DNA of 64,000 nucleotides from positions 124,001-188,000 of the forward strand of contig CAJFCJ010000023.1 of the NCBI GenBank assembly GCA_904063045.1, written 5' to 3'. The notes below the pieces were generated by a model. That model did not search any database. It was not told the DNA's origin and worked only from the letters and a program-made list of their open reading frames with translations. This DNA is from Dimorphilus gyrociliatus (lineage: Eukaryota; Animalia; Annelida). Both the position numbers and the translations under genes were made by a program. Of the stretch, positions 1 to 12,300 are shown in pieces (the first letter of the stretch is position 1; the number at the start of each line of letters is the position of its first letter).

Positions 1-2783
1 ATCAGAAAGTGAAAGAAACGGACTTTGCAGAATTCGAATGCGAAGTTAATAAGCCAAAAATACCCGTTAGATGGCTTATTGAAGGTGTTGAAGTTGTTCC
101 CAGTCCAAAATATCAAATTTTTGCTGAAGGAAAAATTCACAGATTAGCTATTAATAAAACAAAACCAGAAGACGAAGGTCAAGTTATGTGTGAATTTAAA
201 AATCTAACAACAACCGCAAACCTCTACGTTATACGTGAGTATATTAATATCTTAATATCATAATTAGGAAAGAGAAAACTTTCCTATTGGTTAAGCTATT
301 GATTACATAATAATAGAAATATATATATAATACTGTTAGTCTAATAGAAACGTTCTAAACAAAAATTATAATTAAGAAAAGTCTCTTTAATTTGCTTAAT
401 TAATTTATTCATTTATTTATTATAAAAATTTATATTAATTTGATTAATTTGCACAATTTTTGCACTGCTTTGTTCTTTTTGTTTTGTAAAAACACAGCCA
501 TCATACCTGAATTTACTCTAAACTTTAACGATGAAAGAGTTGTTGAACATGCCGACGCTACTTTTACTTGTAAATTGAATGAAGATCTCGAAATAGACTG
601 GTTTCACAAAGGTCAACCAGTAAAGAAGAATGACAAAAAATACAAAATTATTGATAGTGGGGTTGAGAAGACTTTAATGATTACTGATTGTCTCAAAGGA
701 GACGCGGATAAAGTAAAAGCAGTTTGCCGTAACGTCAGCTGTGAAGCCAACTTAACGGTTGAAGGTTTGTTGAAAAAAGTGTCGTCTACATTGTCATTCA
801 GAGCGTCCATGTTCTCGTTACGTTTTTTGTATAGATATCTATATTGCTTGAAGTGCTTTAACAAAAATGTGATCATTTACGCTATAAGTTTCAACAAAAA
901 TCAGAACAATCAAATAGTCAAATAATCAATCAATTAATCAAATTTGCGCGTAAATTCTTCGGAAAAAATAAGGTCAAGTTCTGATAATGTTCGAGCGAAA
1001 ATACCTCTTACTAAATGCATGTTCCTCTATTCAGTGTTTTTTTTTTCTTTACAGCCTTTTCAACTGAATTTTCAAAGCCGTTAGAAAATACGAATTGTCG
1101 AGAGAATTCAACGGCTGAAATAGTTTCTTATACTTATCATTATCATCCTCCTTCCTCCATTTTGTGGTTTATAGATTCAATTCCAGTTGTTGAATCTTCC
1201 AAATATGAAATTAATTCAGACGGTTTGAAACATACGTTAAAAATTCATCGAGTATCCAAAATGGACGAGGGTCAAATAACAGTATCGTGTAACGATGAGG
1301 AATCAACGGCTAAATTAACAGTCGATGGTCAGTATACCAGAAAGAATGAGAGTTATAAAAAATCCGTGACTATTAAACAACCAGAAATCATTCACGATAG
1401 CTTTAGTTGTCGATTACATAGAAATTCAAATATGTATAAATCAGCCCATTTCGATTGTTTTACTATTCAAACAAATAAGAAGAATTATCAATTAGAAAAG
1501 TTTGAAAATAGGTTAAATACTAATTATAATAACCAACCGAAAAACATGATTAAACAATCCTCATTTATTGGTAAAAGAATTAATAGAAAATTTCAATATT
1601 TATATATTTATGAAATTCCTAATTATCTTTTAACAAAGATGAAAAATATTAAACCAAAATCGGTTTTAGATTACTTATCAGTTGTTGGTAAAAGTAATAA
1701 ATCTTGTCATTCGGATAGAATACCACCATGGAGAAAATGTACAAAATCAACTTATATTAGAGATAATAGTAAACAAATGATTTATCGTTTTGATCGAATT
1801 GAAAAAAAATCTTTTAAGAAAAAATTTCATAGGAAAAACTGTTTTTATTGGTTCGACTATTATCAAGGCTCTTCTCAACCTAAAATATACTTTAGGCCTA
1901 TACCCGCTATTCGTAAAATTCGTTATGCTTTTTTCATTAATTGAGTAAATAAGTACTAGTCGTCAATCGTATACGTTTATACATGTAAGGCCGGAGGGAT
2001 TATTTAATAATCTCTTAATTAATTATTCTTACTTTATTATATTCTAGTATGAACAATCTTTGAATTATTACTTTCTATTATTCTCCTAGTCATTCAGGTA
2101 GAAGAACCTTTTACCTTTAAGAAAAAAGTGTTTAAAATAAATTTAAAACGATTTTAAATTGAATTTTTTATTTATTGAGCAATTCTATTCAAATAAGATA
2201 AGTTTATTCTAAGCTATAAATCCTTTATATATAGAAAAATTAATGTTGGTTGGTTGGAATCCCTCTCTTTGGCAGATATCCTTCACTCTTTCTCTCTCTC
2301 TCTCTCTCTATTTCTTCATTTATCCCTTATTTACTCGTAGTTTTAGAGTTTAAACAAAAGGTCACGGTTTTGGTATGCATGAAAGTGAATAAAGAGAAAT
2401 TTTTTCTTCTCACAATGGCAAAAAACTATTTCCCTCAGTACTTAACTTGGCTATTTTTCTAACATAACCTTCCCTAACGAAAAGCTTAAACCTAACAGAC
2501 AATCCGGTGGAGGTGCTTTCAGTGTCTAAAAGTCTAAAAGTCCTACTGGGTTCACCCATAAGTTTAGACGTGGAAATTTCAACCCCGAGAAATGATTTAG
2601 AATGGTATAAGGGAGATAAAAAAATTGAAAAATGTCTCCCTAAATACGATATAGAAGCCTTTGGAATGGTTTGTCACACCCTACAAATTAGGGATGTTGA
2701 CGAAACAGACGGAGGTGTTTATAGTGCCATTCTAAGTTCAGATGGCCAAGAACTATGTTCAATACAAGTGAATGTATTATCAG
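1..2783 (+). CDS. Four single-Ig exons of the titin-like gene (<1-234, 498-764, 1055-1327, 2499-2783)
   Basis: Each exon encodes one I-set Ig and is bounded by phase-1 splice sites: ATAC|gtgagt 234, cacag|CC 498, GAAG|gtttgt 764, tacag|CC 1055, GATG|gtcagt 1327, aacag|AC 2499, TCAG|gttcgt 2783. Confidence 0.9.
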
Positions 2784-3263
2784 GTTCGTGCTATTGCAAG
2801 ACAAAATAAAACTTCTCACTATCCCAAAAGCTCTCTCTATTATGATTTCAACAAAAACTCTCTATCCTAAGATAAAAGGAAAAGTACAAAGCAAACCTCC
2901 CTTCTAATGAAAAATATTTTTTTGCCAAACACATTATCTCTCTCTTTATCTCAATCTCTATTATATCTCTCTGTCTATCTCTCTCTTCATTTTGTTTATA
3001 ATTTTTTATGTATTTTTTTTTCTGGTTTTTTTTTTGAACGAAATCCTTAAAATTTTCAGAGCACTACTAACCAAAAAAGCACAAAATTGTAAAAACAAAC
3101 AAACTGTAAAAACAAACATATACTATATTGTACATAATCGATCACTTAAAAAGGTATTATATTAATTTAATGCACTGCAAAATTTTAATTTTATTCTTTA
3201 TTCTTCTTTTTTTTTTATTTTTTGCCAAAAACAATTTACTCTTATATTTTTTTCGATAAGATT

Positions 3264-3307
<44 letters not shown>

Positions 3308-6300
3308 TCAATTTACAGCTTCAATCTATTTATTACAATCTAAAAGACTCTCTCTTAATTATCTAATAATTTTATCCTCTATAATTTTTCCTCTCTTCCT
3401 GCTACTTCTCAATAATGCTTGGCACTTTCTCTCACTGAGGATGATTGATTAGGATGATAAGAACACTCTCGTTCGGAGTATTAGTCAATTTTTGATTTTC
3501 CATCTTGTACAGATGATTTGGATAAATCCCATTTGGATGAAACTTTTACTGATTCAGCTTATATGACCGCTCGACATTTTGAAACAAGTACTGATTTTAC
3601 CGAATACTCGAATCTTTCGCCAGATGTTAGCTATGAAGCCGATGTGGCAGCGGCATCAATAGTCCCCGAAGTGGGAGATTTGGACTCAATTTCAGCTTTA
3701 GAATCTATATCCTCGGTCGATAGTCCTAGGGCAGAAGGAGGATTTGAAATGGCTCCTTTCGACACTGGTGGAGACTTAGAAACAATTCCGGAAGATGACG
3801 AAAGCAGATACACGTCTCCTGGAACCAGCGGTAGACGAAGTAGAGATGCTTTCGACATAGAAATTACAGAAACGTGTAATATTTACTCTCCTGGCGATGA
3901 CAATCAAGCAGACAAGGAAATTCCACCAGAAATTTTTGAAAAGTTAATAACCGACTTAGCGTTTCCTGAAGAGAGAGAAATAGAACAACCAAATTTTGAA
4001 TCTGTTACCAAAATGATGAAGAAGAAGAAAAAGAAAAAGAGAAGAGGTAGCGACAGTGATAGTGATTCTTCTTCTGAAGAAGAGTACACAGAATTAAAAG
4101 TATGTGAGAAAGTTCATAGCAATGTTCAATTTACGAAACTGCAGAAATCAAGCCCTGATCCCGATAGTCTTTCCGTAAGAGTTCCGCCATCCGAAGAAGA
4201 CTTAAGTTCCAACTCTGTTGCTAATAATGCAGCGGACATTGAGTCAGCCTCAACTATTAGCACATCTTTCCTAGAACAATTAGAAAAGAAAAAAGCACCT
4301 TTCTTTGATACAACGAGTACGTCGGAAGACTCTAAGAATCTTTCAGAACAATCCGAAAGAGACGTCGCTTGGGGTGAAGCTAAAAAAGCCATAATACCGA
4401 CCGAAAAGGCTTCCGAAATGATGTGGGATCCGGATAGAGACTACCTTCAAGTAGCTGATAGCTCTGAACAATTAAGACAGTTAGAGAGTAAAAAGTACAT
4501 TGCAGACTTGGAACGTGAAACAGCATTAGCTAATGTTCGAATTCAGGATGTCGACGTAACTGAGGCATCTGAATTGAATTTAATGAAAACTCCTGAAAAG
4601 GCTGCTGAAAGTATTGGTGATTTAGGAGGAGAATGGTCGCAGGCCAAAGTTCAAAGTTTACCTACACATCAAATAGTTTCGAAAACTTTAGAAAAACGCA
4701 CGAACTCTGCCGAACCAACTGTTCATATTTCAAAAAAGTCACTAGAATTAGCCGATGTTAGAGATGAGGAATGTCCAATAGCAGAAGTAACTGAATACGA
4801 TAACGAGTGCGACATCAGAAGAGGAAGAAAAACTTTAGTTAAAAAAAAGCCTATGAATTCTTGGGCCGAAGTTAAAGTTCAAGATTATGAAATTATTGAA
4901 TCACCCGATCAGATAAGTAAAAGGTCGGTAAAAACCGAACGAACATTCTTAGGAGAGCCTCCTCGTAGCGATGCAGTTGAAATTTTAGATAGAAATTATT
5001 ACAATGATAATAAGAGAGGATACAGTAGTACTACTCCCTATGCGGAACAGCATTCTAATATTATTCCAACTGAAGAACTACAAGTCAAGTCACCGGACAT
5101 GTCAGACATTCTAGTAAGTGAATCGTTGATAGAACAAGGAAACATTAATCCACACAAGTTCAAAGAAAATACTGAAATAACGGAGAGTGTCACTCAAAAG
5201 ACTCCCGAAAATGTCTGGCCTATGGATTTAACAAATAATAACACTATATCATCAGATTCTAATTATGGCCCAAAAAGGGATATACTGACTACGAAGAAAG
5301 AGCGTGTACAGGTAACAGAAAGTATAGCCCATGTCAACATAGATGATTTAGAGGCTCAAATGCTGCAAGAGACAAATTCGTTAGAATACATCGATCAAGA
5401 AGTCACAATTAGCAAGTATCAGCATATGAATCAATTTTATGATGTTCCTACTATATCCGAGTCGGAGAGTACCGAAGAGGAGGATCGATCCGAAGGTATA
5501 AAAATTCAGGTCGAACCTAGAATTCGATTCCAAACGTCCAGAGATTTAACGAAAACTTGGACAAAATCAACTCACGGAGCAACTATGGAGAGTTTAGCTG
5601 ATAGTTCAAGTGACGACTCGGAAAGTAGAAACGGCGAAAGAGATAAAGATAGAGAAAAGAGAAAAGTTATAGTCACCAAAAAGATTACCAAAGAAACGAC
5701 AGAAGAAGCAGACGAGGTGAATAATTCGTCGGATAAAGGCAGAACAGCACATCCTTTCTCCTATTCGAGATTCGAGAGTTCGAATAGTGGAGAGTCGACA
5801 ACACCGAAAAGTATTCTAAGGAAGAAGGTAAACAGATCGAATATTTCTGATTCTATCCACTCTGACTTTGTTAAAAGAGAGCACGATGTAAATGTCGCAC
5901 ATAGTGTTTCTAGTCCCAAAATGAACGATGAGTCAATTCGTCGAAACTGTGTAAGTTTCACCGATTCTGACACAAGTTCGGGGGATTCTATGAAATATTG
6001 GACATGCCAAACTTTTACTCTAGTAGACTTTTGGCAACAGGACTCTACCGACTCCAATTTACAAGCCAGCGGAATCCCCTACATTACAAATAATGTAAAT
6101 ATCTATAATAAACAAATAATAAGTAGAGGGGATCAAGCTGGAAGTAGAACATCTATTTTCGGACTACGAAACAATAGTACATTCTACGAGGATATATTAA
6201 AGAGAGAGGCGAGAAGAAAATTTTACGAAATTAGGCCTACAGTATGCAAGGAAACTTTAATTTGAGAGTGTTTAACCGAAAACAAGAAATCAAAGTAACC

Positions 6301-9300
6301 AAAAGTCATTTCTCTAATATTTCACTCTATTTTTTTTGGTTTTAAGTTTAGCACCACACAAGCAAACACTGAACCATCGTATATACAGTATATATGTATA
6401 TATATATAAAATTTATATATACAGTATATATACATAAATGTAATCAAGAATTGAAGAGAGAAAAATAACATAAATTACAAAAATATAACCGTTATATTTT
6501 TTTTGTTTTTTTGTTTGCAGTGACCTAACGATCTCTCGTCCCTTCCCCCCATCCCATCCATACCCCAGTTCCGATTGGATGCTATACTGATCTATAAATA
6601 AAACTAACTATACAAAGACACTCACTATTTAAACAAAAAACAAACAAAACAAATAAATAAACTCTAAACTATACTGCAGTAAAAACTTAGAAAATACGAG
6701 CAACCTTCTGCAGGAACAGTATATGAATACATAAAGAAAAATCTCTTCTTGTATTGCCAATACTGTTACAGAGAAGATAAATTTAAATAATCTTAATTGA
6801 CAATAATAATAAACACAAACTAACAAAAAGAATGGATAATTAGATGAAAGCTTGTTCTTTGATGCTAATATTTATATTGTACTAATTAGAATGTTCCTTG
6901 TTGAAGTTATTTTTTTTTTGTATCTATTAATACACTTTGAATATGATTCTTTTTTATATAAAATAAAAAATGGCTATAATTTATAATTGTCCCGGAAACA
7001 CTTTCCCAAAATATTTAAAAGAAAAAGTTTTTTTTTTAAACAAAAAAGACAAAACTAATAAATAATGCATTGTTTTTCTTTCGTTTATATCACCCAGTTT
7101 GTCATGACCCACTCTTGGTTGATTTCAATATTATTTCCTAATTTTAACTGGTATCACTCTCTGGTAGCCAAACCTATTGAAAAGTATAAATAGAGTTGAA
7201 ATGCATGTAATATATAAATTTTTACTTACCCAAGTATTGGGTTTGTTTTGTCTATGTAAAGGTGGATTTCTCTTTGAGAATCCCTTTAGTATGCTCCAAT
7301 TAACAAATTTATCAGGATCGGTGTCGTCCTGAGAAGTTGACATTTGTGACTGAGATGCTCGGCTGCTAATACTACTGATAGTCGGTGCGTCTTGCCAGTG
7401 TCTCTTCCTAGTCATTGGTGCTTGAGTAAAGTGTCTGTAACTGTCTGTTTCGGATGAATCGTCATCTCTCGATGCGGCCAAACATCCGCAATAGTAGCAG
7501 CATAGTGCTACTCCTATAACTGACAGGATAATACCAACAACTCCCATGACAGACCCTAATATAATCTTCCAATCATCATTGGAGGTAGGCTCCGTTGTTG
7601 GTGGTATAGTTGTTGGTTGTTGATAACCAGAATTTGATAAGGAAACCGAAAATGGGTCTATCTGTAATAGTCCCAAATATTTAGAGCCATTTCTTCCAGG
7701 TTCCATGGAAGCAACTAGTTCATCCCGAACTTTTTGCGCCTTATCTCCAGACAAGTCATTATTAAGTTTAAGTTTATATTTCACAATTATCGAGTCTCCA
7801 TCCTTAATAAATTGGAATGAATCGACACCTCTAAAATTTTGCCGTACCATAGAATTTTCAAAGAATTTCGTAAGCTATGCATAGAAATATTTTATCAATC
7901 AATGCTTATTAGAGCAAAAGTTAATATAACTTACCGATCTATAGGCTTCTGTAGTAAGATTTTTGTACAAGGATGAACCAACCACATTTAAATCTGGATC
8001 ATAATTCCAGTTTAATACTCCTAGAGTTCCGTCAATGCTGTAGATAATATTATCGAATTGGCAATTAACTCCAGTAAATCCTTTAGCACAGGAACAAGAA
8101 TACTTTAAACCCTCCAAATCGGTACAATTTCCGTTGTTTTGACAAGGTTTGTTCGTTAAACAAACGTTTATGTCATTTTCGCATCTTTTTCCCTCAAAAC
8201 CTTCTGTACAATTACATTCAAAGTCGTCTAATTTGTCTATGCAATGACCACCGTTTTCGCAAGGTACTTTATTTTGTTTCTTTTCATATTCTAAACATTC
8301 GTCTGTTTTTGAACAATTTCCGTAAGCAAAATGGTAGCCAGGGTTACAGATACATTCGTAAGTTCCGTTTAAGTTGTTACAATTTCCATTGCCACATATG
8401 AATTTATTGTTGGCGCACTCGTCAATATCTTGATCGCAAGAACCACCAGTATAGCCAGGAGGACAATCAGAACAACCAGTAACTACGTTGCAATCCTGGG
8501 CATTTTTACATCTACAAATAAAAGCGCAATTCTCGCCCCAAGTACCAATTGGGCAAGTTTCACATGTTATTCCATCTTTACCTAACGAAAAACCAGCGTT
8601 ACATTTACAATTGTAGCCGTCATTTGTGTTATGGCATGAAGCATTTGAATGGCATTTATGTAAATTTTCATCACATTCATTAATATCATCACAAGTTTTT
8701 CCGTTAGCGTTTAGTTTGTATCCATTTCTACAGGCGCATACTGTAGGGCTATTTGTAAAATTGCAGAAATGATCGCAATTTAAAGCATTGCATGTATCGC
8801 TGTCTGCAGAAAATGGAATTGAACAGTTATATTGGCCATCTAGAGTGTAGTTTGCCCCACAAGTACAGTTGTAACCAGGAGATTGATTAACGCAAATTTG
8901 CTGGCATTTATCCTTTTTCAATTGACACTCATCTAAGTCTTCGCATAAATTTGAAGCATTTTTAGTATAGTATTGAGGACAATTACACTCAAATGATCCG
9001 TCCAAGTTGACACACTGATCCTTAAATTGACAAGTATTTAATGTATCATTTGCGCATTCATCAACGTCTGTTTGAAAAGAGATTAAAGATTAACAATAAT
9101 CTAGATACTACTTAGAAGTTTTTACAAAAAACTATATTTACCGACGCATTTCCCTTCTTTTTCATTTGCAGTATTTTTCATGAGTACTTGAAAACCTTGC
9201 GGACAATCACTGCAGTTGAAGCCTTTCTTATTAATTTTATGTATATCTGCTGGTAGATCAGTGCAAGTTTGTCCTTTAACTAACATACAGGGATCGTCTT

Positions 9301-12300
9301 GACAACCGTCGTAATCTAATTCGCAGTGATCCCCCTCATACTCTCTATCGCATCTACAGAATGTTTGATAGAACGAACTCGAAGCATTAAAACCTGGTAA
9401 AGCCCGGTCCCAATCGCAATCGCCATGATTTGAACAGTTACATAATTGAATATTAATTATCAATTCAGTAGAATTAGCTCCTTTAGAATCTTGAGCGGTA
9501 ATCCTTAAATCACCGTCAAATTGGTCACTTACAACTGACCAAAATATCTCACCAGTTGATTTGTTCAAAATAGCCCCATCGGGTAGTTCACTACTGAAAT
9601 ATGTAATAGTGTCATTATCCCTATCCGAAGCGTTTATCTTCAAATAATACGAGTTGTTAACCATAACTTTCCATTCAATTGAATCGTCATCGTCATCGAA
9701 AACTGGAAGAGAATTAGCTTGACTATTTGAGTCTTTTACTAAATCTTTGACATAATTTTTAGTATTGTTGGCGAGCACTATGTTGTTTGTTAGATAGTAA
9801 TCAACTTGACATTGATAATTGTCACCGCATTGAGCTGTCAATTCGTCTTTTACCTTTGTAGACAATGTTTTGTAAACTTCATCAAAGAAAACTGGTATAA
9901 ACGTTTCTTTATCTTTATTGAAGAGCAAATGATCTTCATTATTACTCTTGTTGTAGTACAGAATTGAATCGGAAGAGAGTACAGACCAGCTTTTACCGTA
10001 TTCAAAAGCTTCTCTTTCCGCAAGATTATCAGCTAAAACAGTTCCGTTTGGTAAGGTAAATTCGTTGTTAGAATTACCATCAAAAGTTCCAATGAGACCA
10101 CTTAGATTCTCACTTAATAGAGTGTCGGGTAAAGAGGTCTGAAATTCTAACTGAGAGGCTTTTACCCTAACCGATAGGGATGCTCCATTCATTAGAGCAA
10201 TTATTAAAGAATTATCAGCTCCTTTTGATAAAGTAACACCAAGATAAGTATACATTCCGGTCAAAGCAGCGTTATTCCACCAAGAATTAGCACCCAATTC
10301 ACTATCATCATTCATAAAGATTGTTATATCTACAGTATAACAAATTTAAATAAATTAAAAAGAATTAATGATTTAAAAAGAACCTTGTCTATCCTCATTT
10401 AGAACAACCGTCACTCTTGAAGTATCTTTGTATTGAACAGCCACGGCACCAAATATTGTAGCGTCTACTTCTTTCTTTTCATTATTCCAAGCTTTAAGGG
10501 TTCTTACTTGAATTTTAAAATTGTCATTCTTTATCATCCAATACTCTCCGAGACCGTTAAATACGAACGATTTACCGTCTATTGTTTTAATATGAGGGTC
10601 TCCAACATTCCAATTCCAGAATGGAAATCTGTACCGTCTACAAGTGCTTTTCTTTCTAATTTTGTAATAGATTTTACATAGATCCTCGTCCAAACAACAC
10701 GATCTTTTTGATGATAAATCCCATTCTTCGTGTAGATTAGTACTAACATAGGGATGAAAAGCCCAAAGAGAACCGCTGAGGTAATTTCTTCCAGAAAGAA
10801 GATTAGAATTCCATTGTTTATTCAAGTTATAGCAGCAATGTCTAATAGGCGAAGTAGTTATTTTAGCACCATTAACTTTAGAGCCAGAGAAAAAGGCTGG
10901 TAATACGGTAAAGTAGCATTCAACATTTTCATTCAAGTTAGAAGTATCTGGATCGCGAATAAATCGAAAATCAAGGATGGCTTGAATCCTAAATGATAAA
11001 ATTTGCAGATACTTTTAATAATTAAGTTAAAATGTAACAATTAAAATTAACGAAACCTTGAACAAGGGCAGTGGCTTAATATCGAATCAGCTAAGTCTAA
11101 ATCAGTTTTAAATTGACTTGAACGAGCTCTCCATTTCCTACACTCGTATTCCGCGTATGTCCTTTCACAATCCGGACTACTAACTCTTCTAATATATTTT
11201 CCTGGTAGGTCTATTGAAAATAACAAGGGTTTAAAGCGGAAGATGAAAGAAAGATAAATACTAGAAATATAGACTGTATGTTCACGAAAATAACTATTAA
11301 TATAGAAAAGAAAATAAAAAAATGCTGATGAAATATATCTTCTTCTCTTAGACGTAGGAGGAAGGGAAGTATAAAGGAGAGAGTACTCTCATATTAGAAA
11401 GTATTGACTATTGTTTACTTAATATTTATTATCTATATAACCTAAATATAGATATTTATCATTCTTCTCTTGGTTTCTATTCCTTTCTCTTAACAGTGGT
11501 AATATTGTGACTGAAGGATTGGAATTTTATTTACATTAGACTTTCTAAAATTATTTAGATTATCTGTACTAAATTTTTAAACAAATAAAAAGTTCTTAGC
11601 GTATAGAAGGAATAAAGATTTGAGATTTTTATAGGGATTAACTCACTTGTATTGCCAAAAATATTCTTAAGATTAAAGGCTTGCTCATTTCCTGGTTCGG
11701 ACGCCCAATGATTAAAAAATCCGTATTGAGTATCATCTACAGGTGGCGCCTGATATCCAATAGAAAATGATCTTTTAGTATTGGAATCCCAAGTATTGTT
11801 TCCCCAAGCTATAATTAAATAAGTTCGATACGTTTTTGTGTCGGTAGCTAAAACGGCTTGGAACGTATTAAAAGATCCTTTAGGGTAGTAATCCGAAAAG
11901 GGCCATGGAACCATTTTGTACCACGTAATAACAGCTACGTGAGACGGTTGAAAATCTCCCTGATCGACTACAGTAGTTTGAATATCCTTTTTTACCATAT
12001 TGATAACTGCTGTCGTAGTGTCATCCGACGCTCCGTACAAAGGATCATCTTGATGATAAATATGATAGTATATGAGACTGCTATTCCTAATGGATGGATT
12101 GCTCTCGGTATCAGCCCAGAAAGGTGCTATAATAGCTAATTTAGATTTATTAGATAGAGGAAAGGCTTGAGGATACGGAGTTACGTAACGTTTGTTGAAT
12201 GTTAATATTCCATTTGATCCAACAAATAGCCTTCTATAGATTTGACAATTAAGCATAAATCCTCTTTCTGCCCATACTCTTTTGGTTGCATCATCATCTT

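Noticed and set aside
765-925. 53-codon read-through after the 498-764 Ig exon
   Set aside because: Longer than most but within plausible chance range, with no clear poly(A) signal. Much weaker than the 1328-1944 case.
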